In this document: positions 10,629 to 20,795 of the stretch, piece after piece
Numbering within the stretch: the stretch's first letter is position 1
Layout of the letters: every line of letters begins with the position of its first letter
Made by a program: the position numbers and the translations under genes
Assembly: GCA_965261595.1 (NCBI GenBank)
Contig: CBDHDG010000007.1
Location: forward strand, 1,120,001 to 1,184,000
DNA from: a bacterium
GTDB lineage: Bacteria; UBA8248; JACPRG01; G963555815
DNA length: 64,000 nt
Direction: 5' to 3'
The notes under the pieces: model-generated
The model's input: the letters and a program-made list of their open reading frames with translations, nothing else
Database searches by the model: none
Told to the model about the DNA's origin: nothing

Positions 10629-11102
10629 ATGGCCGCCCAAAACCGATTGCGCCTCGCGCCGGTGATCGCGTTCAGTCTGTTTGCGGTGTTTTTTCCCTTC
10701 GGCGGCGCCGATGCCGCTGAACCGACAGTCATTACACTGACCCAGACGGGATGCCAGTTCGTCGAGATCGAAGGGGTGGATCATGGGTTCAAAACGAAGT
10801 CGGCGGCGGATTGCAAAGCCATCAACGCCAAGACCTCTAAGGACCGTCTGGCCAAGGCGAAGACGATTGAGTTGAAGCCCGGAAAGTACATCTTTCGCGT
10901 GACCAACAAGAACGTGCCCTATCCGCTGGGTTTCTATCTGCGCGGCTCGGGCCTGCGTCGGTTCACCCTTCCCAATGTTTCGGGCGGCGGCCTCGTTCTC
11001 GGAAAGTCGATTGATTACGAGATCAATCTCAAGACGGGCGAATATGTCTATTCCTGCCCCCTGAATCCCACGCCCGATTACAGGTTGGTGGTGAAGAACT
11101 AG
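10629..11102 (+). CDS. Secreted cupredoxin-like protein
   Basis: Signal peptide ending ADA, beta-rich body, GEYVYSCPLNPTPDY terminus. Confidence 0.6.
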   Translation: MAAQNRLRLAPVIAFSLFAVFFPFGGADAAEPTVITLTQTGCQFVEIEGVDHGFKTKSAADCKAINAKTSKDRLAKAKTIELKPGKYIFRVTNKNVPYPLGFYLRGSGLRRFTLPNVSGGGLVLGKSIDYEINLKTGEYVYSCPLNPTPDYRLVVKN

Positions 11103-11160
11103 CCGGTGTTTTCAAACCTTGCGGAACCACGGGAGAGAAGGGGGGATGAGCAATGTCTCT

Positions 11161-12250
11161 TCAATCCCCGTGTTCCGCTTTGGCCAGGGCCGGGACTTCA
11201 CCCTCCGGGTTTTCCGGTTTCGGCTGCGCCTTGTCGGTCTCGGGCGGCGTCCTTGACGGCGGAGTGGTCCGGGAGCCCGCCGCCAGCATCCCGACAAACT
11301 CCTCGAAAAGCTTCCATTTGAAGATCCGGCCGGCGCCGTTGTCATTTTTCATTTGCACGAGCGCCTCGAAGCTCGAGACCTTTTCCCCGTATGGACGATT
11401 TGTGGTCAGGGCGTCATAGATTTCTGACGATGGAAGCGATCTGCGCCATGGGGGACACATCGTTGCCCTTGAGGCCGTCCGGATACCCGGCGCCGTCCAA
11501 TTTCTCGTGATGGCGCCGAACGATTTCCCGGTAAGGGGAGCCGGTGATGCCGTGCTCTCTCAGAATTTCCTCTCCGTAGACGGGATGATCCAGAAAGACC
11601 GCCCATTCGATGTCCGTCAACTGACCCTGCTTTTTGAGCAGGGACTCCGGGATCCACGACTTCCCGATGTTGTGGAATAAAAACGCGGCGGAAATATCGA
11701 GGAGGGGGTAGGGCGGATTCGTAGGATACAATCTTTGATAAAAAGTCAATCCGTAGGCGCAGACCTGAACGGAGTGACAGAAGGTCTCATGGTCTTTGGA
11801 GGCGATCCCAATCAGTGTGCGCAAAGCCTTATTGTCGGACTCCAGTAAATCGGCCAGTTTGGCCGCAACGTCCATGGCCCCGAGCAGGGCTTTCCGGGTG
11901 ACACCGCTTCGAGAAAAGAGGTCTTCTATCGCGCTTGTCGATTTACCGTAAAGAATCCTCGCGCGCTCCTCGAGCGGGATCCGCACATCGGCGAAGTCGT
12001 AGGAATTAATGTACTCCATGTAGGCGCTCGCCCACTTCGGCTTGGTATACGCCTGATCGCCGCATGAGCCCTTGATGACCTTTCGCAGCTCTCTCGTGAA
12101 AGGCCGGTCTCCATTCACCAGGAGGGTGTATTTGGATTTCCCCGCCCTTTTCACGTAAATCGGGAAAGGGATGGTGGAACCGATGATCAGCAGCTTGGGA
12201 TTGATAGACGTCAAGCTGTCCGGACCGCTGACTTTGTTCGACTCACTCAT
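11161..12250 (-). pseudogene. HD-GYP domain protein, frameshifted
   Basis: HHEKLDGAGYP in 11414..12250 and EIYDALTTNRPY in 11161..11460; removing one base at about 11425 joins them (about 362 aa). Confidence 0.85.
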
Positions 12251-12712
12251 CGTTTCCGCTTCCTTTATCGGGCCTCGGGATGGAACCGGGTCAAAGAAAG
12301 TCGGGCTGGAAACCCGGGGGGGGGGAATCGGTCCGCCGTCAATACCAGAAGAATGAAGGAGGGTCCCGTTCGGACCTTGTTCAACTCTTGTCGCTGATGG
12401 CGTCCACGATATTCCGCGTTGGATGGTCGTCCCGCGCCACCCATTTTTGCGGAAGATTCGGCAAATCCCTTAATGTAAAATTGTAGGACACGGGCGCCAT
12501 GGGGTGCATCCCCCGTCTTTTCACCCCCAATCTGGTTGAGGCGCCACCGCTCCGGCGCTAAGACAAGTCCACCGAAGGCCGGCCCGGGTCTTGCGTTATT
12601 TGTGGGCTATTCGGGTTGGAGAGGGTGATCGAAAGGGGGCGCGACGTGGTTTCCATGGCGGATGACGGCCGGGAATGGCTCCCGGCGGATTTGAATGGGA
12701 AACCCCATATTC

Positions 12713-12728
12713 TGGTACGGCATTTGCA
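12713..12728 (+). promoter_or_regulatory. Sigma-54 -24/-12 promoter
   Basis: TGGTACG-GCAT-TTGCA versus consensus TGGCACG-N4-TTGCW, about 90 bp upstream of the pentapeptide gene. Confidence 0.7.
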
Positions 12729-12820
12729 TCTACATCTGTGAGCGGAGCCCCCCCCATCGAATAGTCAATTGATCAAATGGAGGGAGATATGTTCGTGTCC
12801 AGTTCAGATTGGGGAATTAC

Positions 12821-14665
12821 GTGTTTGGAAAGCTGAAGCGTAAAAAAACCGAAGAGCCTCGGGCTCAGGTGGTGAGAAAGCAAGTTCAGATGGTGAGGAA
12901 GCCTTTGCCGAAAAACGCTTCCCCAACCACCCCCCCGCCCCCCGAAACTCCAGCGGACCGGTTGAAAAGAATTCTCAGCGCCCACCGCCGTTGGGTGGAA
13001 TCCGAGGGGAATCAGGGGACGAGGGCCAGCCTGAAGGCGGGGACTATCTTGGGGGCTGATCTTTCGGAGGGAAGTTTCCGGGAGGCCAATCTCCGAGGAG
13101 CGGAGCTGGAGGGGGCGGAGCTACGGGAGGCCGATCTCTCTAAGGCGGACCTTCAGGGAGCGAGTATGAAAGGCACCCGCCTGTTTGGCGCGAATCTCCA
13201 AGGGGCGAACCTTAAAGGGGCCGACCTCAGTCAAGCCCATCTCCTTCATGCGAACTTTCAAGGGGCCGATCTGAGCGGGGCGGAATTTCGCGGGGCGGTT
13301 TTACAAGAGACCAACCTTCAAGGGGCCAATCTGGAAGGCGCAAAAATAGAAGAGGCCGCCCTTGTTCAGGCGAATTTCCAAGAGGCCAAGCTGATGAACG
13401 CGAACCTCAGTTATTCCAAAGCGTTCGGGGCGAAATTTCGAGAAGCCGATCTGTCCGGGGCCGTGCTTGTCAAAACGAAGTTTCAAGAGGCCGATCTGAC
13501 CTCGGCCAATTTGTCCAAGGCGGATCTCGAGAGAGCGACGTTTCGGGATGCCAACCTTGGAAAGGACCGGTTGCAAGAAACCCGTCTTTACCAGACCTAC
13601 CTCAAGGGGGCGAACCTCAAAGAAGCGGAGCTCCAGAACGCCAATCTCGTTCAGGCCGATCTGGAGGGGGCCAGCCTCCAACAAGCCAATCTTGAAGGCG
13701 CCAACCTCACCGGTGCCGGCCTCAGCCAGGTCAACCTCCAGCAAGCCGTCCTCAGGAAGGCCAATCTTGAAGACGCCGAGCTCGAAGGCGTGAATCTTCA
13801 GGGGGCCGACCTCCAGGGGGCCCGCCTTTCTCGAGCCTCTCTGAATGGGGTGAATCTCAAAGGATCAAACCTCCAGAAGGCCAATCTTTCCCGGTCCAAC
13901 CTTCGGGAGGCCGACCTTCGGAAGGCCAACCTTGCGGGGAGCAATCTGGAAAGCGCCAATCTCGAGCAAGCGAATATTGAGGAGGCGGATCTTCAAAAAG
14001 CCAAGCTGGCGAAGGCCGATCTTGGAAGGGCCTCCCTCAAGGGCGCGAACCTCGAAGAGGTGGATTTACAGAAGACCAATCTGGTTCAGTCCAACCTTCA
14101 AGAGGCCAATCTCAAACAAGCCCTTCTTCGAAGCGCCAGACTCACCGGGGCCGCCCTCGCCCAGGCCGACCTTGGGAAAGCCGACCTGACGCGGGCCAAT
14201 CTTGAAAAAGCGATTCTCCCGCGAGCCCAGCTTGAGGAGGCCCGGCTCAAGGATGCCAATCTGGTCGGGACCAATTTTCAGGAGGCCAATCTCAAACAAG
14301 CCAATCTTCAAAACGCCAGGCTCAACGCGGCCGACCTCAGCCAGGCCGATCTTCGGAAGGCGAACCTTGCGGGGACCAACCTTGAAAGAGCCGTTCTGGA
14401 TAAAGCCAATCTTGAAGAAGCCGACCTCAGCCAAACCAAATGGCGGGAAGCGAGCCTCGCGGAGACCAACTTCAAGCGAGCCAATCTTTCAGAAGCGCAA
14501 CTGGAAGGCGAAAACCTTGAAAGCGCGACCGGGCTGACGCAAAAACAACTCATGTCGGCCAAGACCAACGAAAAAACCCGTTTGCCGGAATCCCCCCAAG
14601 CTCCGGAAAAAAGCCAGGCTCCGGAAGAAAGCCAAGCTCCTGAAAAAAGTCAGCCAAGCGGCTGA
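12821..14665 (+). CDS. Long pentapeptide-repeat protein
   Basis: About 100 A(D/N)Lxx units; LKRILSAHRRWVES cap; GTG start at 12821 preferred, TTG at 12809 possible. Confidence 0.93.
   Translation: MFGKLKRKKTEEPRAQVVRKQVQMVRKPLPKNASPTTPPPPETPADRLKRILSAHRRWVESEGNQGTRASLKAGTILGADLSEGSFREANLRGAELEGAELREADLSKADLQGASMKGTRLFGANLQGANLKGADLSQAHLLHANFQGADLSGAEFRGAVLQETNLQGANLEGAKIEEAALVQANFQEAKLMNANLSYSKAFGAKFREADLSGAVLVKTKFQEADLTSANLSKADLERATFRDANLGKDRLQETRLYQTYLKGANLKEAELQNANLVQADLEGASLQQANLEGANLTGAGLSQVNLQQAVLRKANLEDAELEGVNLQGADLQGARLSRASLNGVNLKGSNLQKANLSRSNLREADLRKANLAGSNLESANLEQANIEEADLQKAKLAKADLGRASLKGANLEEVDLQKTNLVQSNLQEANLKQALLRSARLTGAALAQADLGKADLTRANLEKAILPRAQLEEARLKDANLVGTNFQEANLKQANLQNARLNAADLSQADLRKANLAGTNLERAVLDKANLEEADLSQTKWREASLAETNFKRANLSEAQLEGENLESATGLTQKQLMSAKTNEKTRLPESPQAPEKSQAPEESQAPEKSQPSG
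14586..14657 (+). repeat. Four 18-bp tandem units encoding PE(S/K/E)xQ(A/P)
   Basis: PESPQA PEKSQA PEESQA PEKSQP at the C-terminus. Confidence 0.8.
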
Positions 14666-14813
14666 CCTGTCATGCTTCGGCCTTCGGGCGGCAGTCACCC
14701 CCCCGTCCCCCCCCCTTGAATTGAATCATTGAATTGACAGATTCGTCTTCAATGTCCTTCCGCGGGCCGCTTACCCCGGTGGTCCGCCGCTTCGTCCGGT
14801 CCACCCGGTTTTT

Positions 14814-16073
14814 TCACCGCCCGCGTTTGCGCCGCCAGAGGACCCCCGCAAACAAGGCGGCGTAGATCGCCCCGCCCCATAACGCGATTCGTGTCCAGTC
14901 GCGCCGGCTCTTGACCGCCAGGACGGCCGCCTCGGCGGCCCGGGCCCGCTCGGCGGCGGCTTCGAGCGCCTTGAAGTTCTTCACCAAATGCAATCGATGC
15001 TGGACAAGGCCGAATTCCATCAGGACCGCCCGCTCCGCCCGCTCCACCCGCCGGGTCTCCTCGACGGGCTGGAAACCCGCGGCCCGCAGCTCGGCCAGGA
15101 CCAGCCGGCTTCGGCGAATGGACCGCCGCACCGGCGCGACGGCCTTGAGGACCCGGGCGATGTAGTCGAGGGCCGGGTCGTTCGGGTTCTTCCGCCGGTC
15201 GTGGCAGACGGCGCAGACCTTCGGGTCGCGGAACATCGCGGGCGTCGCCGGCTTGATCTCGTGCGCGGTGTGACACTTGGAACAGTGGACTTTTTTCTCG
15301 GCGGTGAAGTGCGGGTTGTTCTTGCCGAAAGCCGTCCGTTCCGCGGTGTGACACGTCCCGCAGATCTCGAACGTCTCAGCGCTATGCCATTGGGGCCGAA
15401 AATTCCAATGGGCCCCGTGGCACGACGCGCACGTCGGAAGGTTTAGGCCGGGGCGCCACGCCCCTTTCAACCCGTGAACACCCCTCGCGACCTGTCCGGG
15501 GACCTCGATGTTCAGGCCGAAGTTCTCTTTGTACTCCTCGTCGGCGTGGCACTTGGCGCAGGTCCGGTTGACGTTGGCCGGATGGGCCGGGGAGCCGGGG
15601 TCGTCCACCCGAAGAACGCGGTGCGAGCCGTGGCAGGTGGCGCACTGGGGGGCCCCCAGCTCGTCCTTCTGCCACAGGGCCTCGGCGTGCACGCCCTGCT
15701 TGTATTCCTCGAAGGCGTTTCGTCTCCCCCGGGACCATTTGACGGCATCCGGCTTCCCGTGGCACTTGGCGCAAAGCTCCGGTATGTCGAAAACCGAGAT
15801 CCGCCCCCGAAAGCCCGCGTCTTTGGATTCGGCTTCTTCCCGGCGGACCTTCGTGAGGTCGCCGCCGTGACAACCGGCGCAGCCGACGCCGAAGGGGCGA
15901 TGGATGCTCGCCCGATAATCGCGCCCCGCCCGGTCGGTTTTGTGGCAGTCCCAACAGGAATCCACAACTTTCCCCGCCGGTCCGGGATGGGTTTTGAGGG
16001 TTTGACCGGCGGCCGGAGAGGGAATGGAAAGCACGAGGGTTGTGAATATCAGGAGGGCCCACCGGTTCATCAC
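14814..16073 (-). CDS. Membrane-anchored nonaheme cytochrome c
   Basis: Signal peptide, nine CxxCH motifs, helical C-terminal region, terminal TM helix followed by RRKRGR. Confidence 0.92.
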   Translation of the reverse strand: MMNRWALLIFTTLVLSIPSPAAGQTLKTHPGPAGKVVDSCWDCHKTDRAGRDYRASIHRPFGVGCAGCHGGDLTKVRREEAESKDAGFRGRISVFDIPELCAKCHGKPDAVKWSRGRRNAFEEYKQGVHAEALWQKDELGAPQCATCHGSHRVLRVDDPGSPAHPANVNRTCAKCHADEEYKENFGLNIEVPGQVARGVHGLKGAWRPGLNLPTCASCHGAHWNFRPQWHSAETFEICGTCHTAERTAFGKNNPHFTAEKKVHCSKCHTAHEIKPATPAMFRDPKVCAVCHDRRKNPNDPALDYIARVLKAVAPVRRSIRRSRLVLAELRAAGFQPVEETRRVERAERAVLMEFGLVQHRLHLVKNFKALEAAAERARAAEAAVLAVKSRRDWTRIALWGGAIYAALFAGVLWRRKRGR

Positions 16074-17224
16074 GAAACCTCAATGCCGAAAATCGGCTCG
16101 GGGCCGCCGGCGTAGTGGCCGAGGTAGGTGAGGACGGCCCACAGGAGGATGATCCCCAGGGCCATCCCCGTCGCCCATTTGCGCCGAAGCGGGCTTCGGT
16201 CCTCCGAGCGGTCGAGGAAAGGGACGAGCAGGATCAGCAGCAGGGGCAGCCCCTGTAGGATCACAGCCAGTTGGAGATAAGAAAACCCGGGAAAGACCTC
16301 ACCGGCCGGGAAGTATTTCAGGCTCTGGTAGAAGGCCAGGAACGGCCATTCGGGCTTCACATGATCGGGCGTCGAGACCGGGTCCGCCGGCGCGCCCAGC
16401 GGCGCCGGGTTCCAGGCGGTCCACAGGAGAAGAAGGGCGACCGCCAGAACCCCCGCCAGGATCTCCCTTCGCATGAAGTGTGCATAGGGCGTCCGTCCGG
16501 AGGAGGCGCCGGCGTCCCTCCGCCTCGGGAGCGGGTCGGCCGCGCCGATCCGGTAGATGAGGGCAACGTGGACGGCGACCCCGAGGACCATCGCCGCCGG
16601 CAGGACGACGACGTGAAGGGCGAAGAAGCGGGTGAGCGTCGCCGCCCCCACCAGCTTGCCCCCTTTCATCAGGCCGGCGATGAAATCCCCGATCACCGGG
16701 ACCTGGTGAGCCATTTGGGCCCCGACCGTCGTCCCCCAAAACGCCTTCTGATCCCAGGGCAGCAGGTATCCCGTGAAGGCCAGGCCGAAGAGGGTCGCGA
16801 GCGGGAAAAAGCCCGCCACCCAGGTCGCCTCGCGGGGCCGTTTGAACGCGCCGGTGAAAAACACCCGGCCCATGTGGAGGAACGCCGCGATGATCATGGC
16901 CTCGCCCGACCACCGGTGCAGGCTCCGGACCGCCCAGCCCCAGGTCACACCGTTCATCAGGAGCCTCACGCTTTCGTGGGCCCGCTCGGGCGTCGGCTGG
17001 TAATAGAAGAGTAGAAGCACGCCGGTGACGGCCTGGACGCCGAGAAGGGCGAGGAGCACCGCCCCCAAGGTGTGATAGGCGCGAAGTCCTTGCGGAACGG
17101 TGTGGCGATGAAGCAGCGCGCGGAGCGCTCCAGCCCATGACCGGATTTCTCCGAACGAGGTCTGGCCGGATTTCAAGGGTTCTTCGGGATGGACCCGCGC
17201 CGCCGTGTCATTCCCAGGATTCAT
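16070..17224 (-). CDS. Cytochrome b (fused b6/subunit IV type) of a Rieske/cytb complex
   Basis: RSLHRW..FLHMGR, GYLLPWDQKAFWG, FALH..AVH, PADPVSTPDHVKPEWP. Confidence 0.95.
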   Translation of the reverse strand: MNPGNDTAARVHPEEPLKSGQTSFGEIRSWAGALRALLHRHTVPQGLRAYHTLGAVLLALLGVQAVTGVLLLFYYQPTPERAHESVRLLMNGVTWGWAVRSLHRWSGEAMIIAAFLHMGRVFFTGAFKRPREATWVAGFFPLATLFGLAFTGYLLPWDQKAFWGTTVGAQMAHQVPVIGDFIAGLMKGGKLVGAATLTRFFALHVVVLPAAMVLGVAVHVALIYRIGAADPLPRRRDAGASSGRTPYAHFMRREILAGVLAVALLLLWTAWNPAPLGAPADPVSTPDHVKPEWPFLAFYQSLKYFPAGEVFPGFSYLQLAVILQGLPLLLILLVPFLDRSEDRSPLRRKWATGMALGIILLWAVLTYLGHYAGGPEPIFGIEVS

Positions 17225-17700
17225 AGGATGAAGACCTGTCCGTTCCGCTCGCGGACTTCCAATCTCTCCAAAGGTCTCGGCGGCGGACCGGAAACCACTT
17301 TGCCCTCGGAATCGAAGGCCCCTCCATGGCAGGGGCAGGCGAAATGGCCGGCGATCTTTTTTTGCGAAGTCGTCTTCCGGGCCTCATCCGGCCTCCACCG
17401 TACAACGCAGCCGAGGTGGGTGCAGACGAGGGAGAAGGCGCGGTACCCGCTCTCGGTCTTCAGGAGCAGGGCCGGCTCGCCGGCGATGCGAACGCTCGCG
17501 GACCCGCCGGGGGGGAGTGATTCGGCGCCGGGGACGCGCGCGGGAGAGCGCAGCCGTCGGCGAAGGCCCGGGGGATAGAGGTAGGCCAGCGCCCCCCAAG
17601 CGCCCAGGGGCCCCGCGGCGGCCAAGAGGGAGGTTTGCACCCAGTGAAAGAACCCTCTTCGGGAGTTATTGTCAAATATTGTGGACGGGCGCATGATCAT
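17221..17700 (-). CDS. Rieske 2Fe-2S protein; N-terminus now supplied by the IS256 end (native start 19119)
   Basis: CTHLGC, CPCHGG, SGPPPRPL; RRGFF Tat motif at the IS junction. Confidence 0.9.
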   Translation of the reverse strand: MIMRPSTIFDNNSRRGFFHWVQTSLLAAAGPLGAWGALAYLYPPGLRRRLRSPARVPGAESLPPGGSASVRIAGEPALLLKTESGYRAFSLVCTHLGCVVRWRPDEARKTTSQKKIAGHFACPCHGGAFDSEGKVVSGPPPRPLERLEVRERNGQVFIL

Positions 17701-19084
17701 GCGGCGTCCTTCCGCTCTTGTTGATTGATGTGCTCCGCCTGAACCCCATCGATGAACTTCACTCCGGCGCGGACAAGGGGCAGGAGTTTTGGTCCGTTGA
17801 TTCGCCGCCATCTCTGCTGCGCCATCTCGAGCAGCTTGAAGGCCATCATCAAGCCTTTCGTCCTGGAGCCGGCTCCTTTGGTCACCCGCTAGCGCAGGCG
17901 CACCGTCGCCAGGGGGGACTCGATCACGTTTGTGGTGCGAAGGTGCACCCAGTGCTCGGCCGGCAAGTCGAAGTCGGTCAGCAGCTTGTCCTCATCGCGG
18001 CGAAGCGAGGCCACCGCCTTGGGGTACTTGGCGCGCTAGTCCTGCTCGAAGCGCTCGATCCCCTCGACCGCCTGTGCGCGCGTGTCAGCCTGCATGATCT
18101 CGTGCAGGGCGCGCTTGGCCTTGGGTTGCAGGCGCTTGGGCAGCTTGTCGAGCACGTTGGCCAACCGGTGGACCCAGCAGCGCTGCTCGCGCGTCTCGGG
18201 CCACACCTGCCCGACCGCCGCCCAAAAGCCCAGCGCGCCGTCGCCCACCGCCACCACAGGCGCCCGCATCCCGCGCCGTTTGAGATCGCGAAGCACCGAC
18301 GCCCAGCTCTCCTGGCTCTCACGGTAGCCGTCCTCAACAGCGAGGAGCTCCTTGGTCCCGTCGGGACGAACCCCAATCATGACAAGGGTGCACAGGCGAT
18401 CCTCTTCCAAACGGATACGGAAGTGGACCCCGTCCACCCAGACGTAGACGTAGTCGAGCTCGCTCAGGTCTCGCCTTTGAAATTCCGCATGCTCCCGCTC
18501 CCAATCGGCCGTCAGCCGCGTGATCGTCGAAGGCGACAGGCCCGACGCATCTTCTCCCAACAGAACGGGCAACGCTTCGCGGAAATCGCCCGTGGAGAGA
18601 CCCCGCAGGTAGAGCACCGGCAACACCTCGGACACCTTGGGCGAGCGCCGCATGTAGGGCGGAAGAATCCGGCTCGTAAAACGCTGCTTGCGGCCCAACG
18701 CATCCACGCGTCGATCGTTGACCCGCGGGGCGTGAATCTCCACGGTGCCCGCACCCAGGGTGATCTTCCGCGGCCGGGCCTTGCCGTTTCTCACCACCAG
18801 CGCTCTGTCCCCTTCGTCCCGCTCGTGCCGATGGTCCTCGACGTAGGAAGCCGCTTCCGCCTCCATCGCCACGGCCAGCATCCGCCGGGCGCCCTCGCGT
18901 GCTATCTCGTCCAGCATCCGTCCCGGCTCTTCGCACTTCCCATCTGCCGTGCTTTCGATTACCTTGAACATGGGTGGCGTCTCCTTCCCCCTGGCTCCAA
19001 CCAGGAACGTGTGGGTTGTCCTCCGACACGGAAGGTTACGCCGCCTTTTTCATGCCCTCAATCCACAACTTTCGGTAATAACTC
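17663..19084 (-). mobile_element. IS256-family insertion sequence (1422 bp)
   Basis: IRs GAGTTATTGTCAAATATTGTGGA / TCCACAACTTTCGGTAATAACTC; direct repeat CTTCGG at 17657-17662 and 19085-19090. Confidence 0.93.
17697..18971 (-). pseudogene. IS256 transposase with two in-frame TAG codons
   Basis: YVWVDG, AVGDGALGFW, QRCWVH, HLRTTNVIES motifs; TAG at 18036-18038 and 17889-17891. Confidence 0.9.
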
Positions 19085-19397
19085 CTTCGGCCAACGGAAA
19101 AATATTCTGCTGAATTCATGAAAGCCTTACAATTTGTCGAAAACTGAGCTAAGATAGATTATCGGATTCGATCCTATTCTACCAGAGAGATTGCATGCAT
19201 TGCGCAGCGAAGTTTTTTCCGGGCCTCAGGGAATAGAATCGATTTCCGTTTGTTTTATTGAAGGGTTTTTGTGCCTACCCTGAGATCAACCCAATCTCGG
19301 TTTCCGAGAGATTCGGAAATTCCGTTAGGGTAAAGGGATCTTTTTTGGGGGGCGAAGGGGTTCATCAAACGGAATTGCATGGGGAGGGAGAGAGTCC

Positions 19398-19814
19398 ATG
19401 AAAAAGATTTTCGCGGTTACCCTGGTTCTGGCATTCGCCGTCACGGCCGTCTTCGCGGGGCCGGTGTCAGCCCAGCGAAAACACGCATCAAAAGCGGTGT
19501 GGAGGGGCATGCTCGCGGGCCTGGGCGACGTTCAGGGGATCATTGGCGCCCTGGCCGTCTTCGATATGAAGCGGGTCAGCATGATTGCGGATACCTTGGC
19601 GAAAAGGGAGAAATTCGTCTCCGGCATCATGAGGCTCCCAGCGAAGACCAGAGAGACGCACGGAAAGATCGCCGTCCTGGCCGCAGCACTCTCCGCCGAC
19701 GCGAAAGCGGGGAATGAGCAAGCCATCGGGAAGAAGATCGGAGAGATTCTCTCGCTTTGCAGCGAGTGCCATTACCATTCGCGTGACAAATCTCGCCGGG
19801 GGAAGATGAAGTAA
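19398..19814 (+). CDS. Secreted monoheme cytochrome c (class II / c'-like)
   Basis: Signal peptide, helical body, C-terminal CSECH; RBS GGGAG. Confidence 0.8.
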   Translation: MKKIFAVTLVLAFAVTAVFAGPVSAQRKHASKAVWRGMLAGLGDVQGIIGALAVFDMKRVSMIADTLAKREKFVSGIMRLPAKTRETHGKIAVLAAALSADAKAGNEQAIGKKIGEILSLCSECHYHSRDKSRRGKMK

Positions 19815-19876
19815 TAAACGCGAACCCGGTGGAACTTGTGGGGCCACGCCCCGTCCATCGATGGCGCTTCGAACAA

Positions 19877-19922
19877 GGGCTTGCGGGTCTCTCAAGAGGG
19901 GGAGCTGCAAGCCCGTTTTTTT
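19877..19922 (+). terminator. Intrinsic terminator
   Basis: GGGCTTGCGG...CTGCAAGCCC stem followed by T7. Confidence 0.75.
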
Positions 19923-19995
19923 GTCCCAAGAAAGAGCGGGCCAGGAAAACACGGGAAAACTACGCCAAACCACTCGCCCTCGCGGATCGGAATTT

Positions 19996-20523
19996 TCAGT
20001 CCCTCGCCAGACCCACCATGTCCTCGGCGTCGCCGCCATCGGGGAACGGCCCCTGCTTGAGCTCGATGAGCTTCGTGTCCTCCTCCAGAAACTCGATGGA
20101 GTGGCCCTCCAGGAGCAGGATGAAATCGAAGGGTTTTAAATCGGCGTCGCCCAGATGGTCCCCCTCGCGGGTGTAAACGCCGATCCGCCCCAGCCCCCGC
20201 TGGCACATCATGAGCTGGAACTTGCTCGACCCGGGAAGCGGCGACGAGACCTTGTGGTAGTGCGGCTTGACCTTGGAGCCCACCTCCCGGTTGAGGAGGA
20301 CAATCTGGAGGGGCAGCTCGTTGTCCGTGACGTGGGCCTTGGTGTAGGTGTCCATGTCGATCTTGGACAGGTCGTAATGGCGGGCCATATGAGCCCGGTC
20401 TTCTTCGGCGTCGATCTTTGGCGGAAATTGGGAGTACTCTTCCAGATCCCCCCGGACGAGAACCGCCACGGTCCTGCCGTCTTTCGCTTTGAAGTATTTT
20501 AGTTTGTCCGATTCGACCTGCAC
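19996..20523 (-). CDS. Hypothetical cupin-like protein
   Basis: VKPHYH, D..LLLEGHSIEFLEEDTKLIELKQGPF. Confidence 0.6.
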   Translation of the reverse strand: MQVESDKLKYFKAKDGRTVAVLVRGDLEEYSQFPPKIDAEEDRAHMARHYDLSKIDMDTYTKAHVTDNELPLQIVLLNREVGSKVKPHYHKVSSPLPGSSKFQLMMCQRGLGRIGVYTREGDHLGDADLKPFDFILLLEGHSIEFLEEDTKLIELKQGPFPDGGDAEDMVGLARD

Positions 20524-20795
20524 GCTGGGCCTCCCTGTGGGTGGGGCCAGTCTCCGGCTTCAAACGATATATGAGAGCCATTATACGGGGGGCGGCTCAA
20601 GATGTCAGGGGGAGTTGATCTCCGCTCCGGAATCGACCATCCTCTAGGGCGAGACCGGCGCTGAGGGCTGGGGCGCGCGAATCGAAACGACCGCGGACAT
20701 CTGTCCCCCCCCCGCGCGCGTCTTGATTTTCACGGCGTCCCGCTCATTTCCATCCCGAATTCTCACCCCCCTTCCCCCCCCGCTGAAAGGCCGTC

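Noticed and set aside
12789..12836. RBS plus ATG giving a 15-aa ORF before the pentapeptide gene
   Set aside because: Could be a leader peptide or frameshifted start, but an in-frame GTG with its own purine tract exists; no further support
12821..14665. Periodic DNA that might suggest a CRISPR or ncRNA array
   Set aside because: The 15-bp periodicity is explained by pentapeptide coding; no repeat-spacer structure
17701..17811. N-terminal extension of the Rieske ORF in the track (196 aa)
   Set aside because: An alternative frame of the transposase 3' end; plausible starts are 17700 (IS-derived) or 19119 (native)
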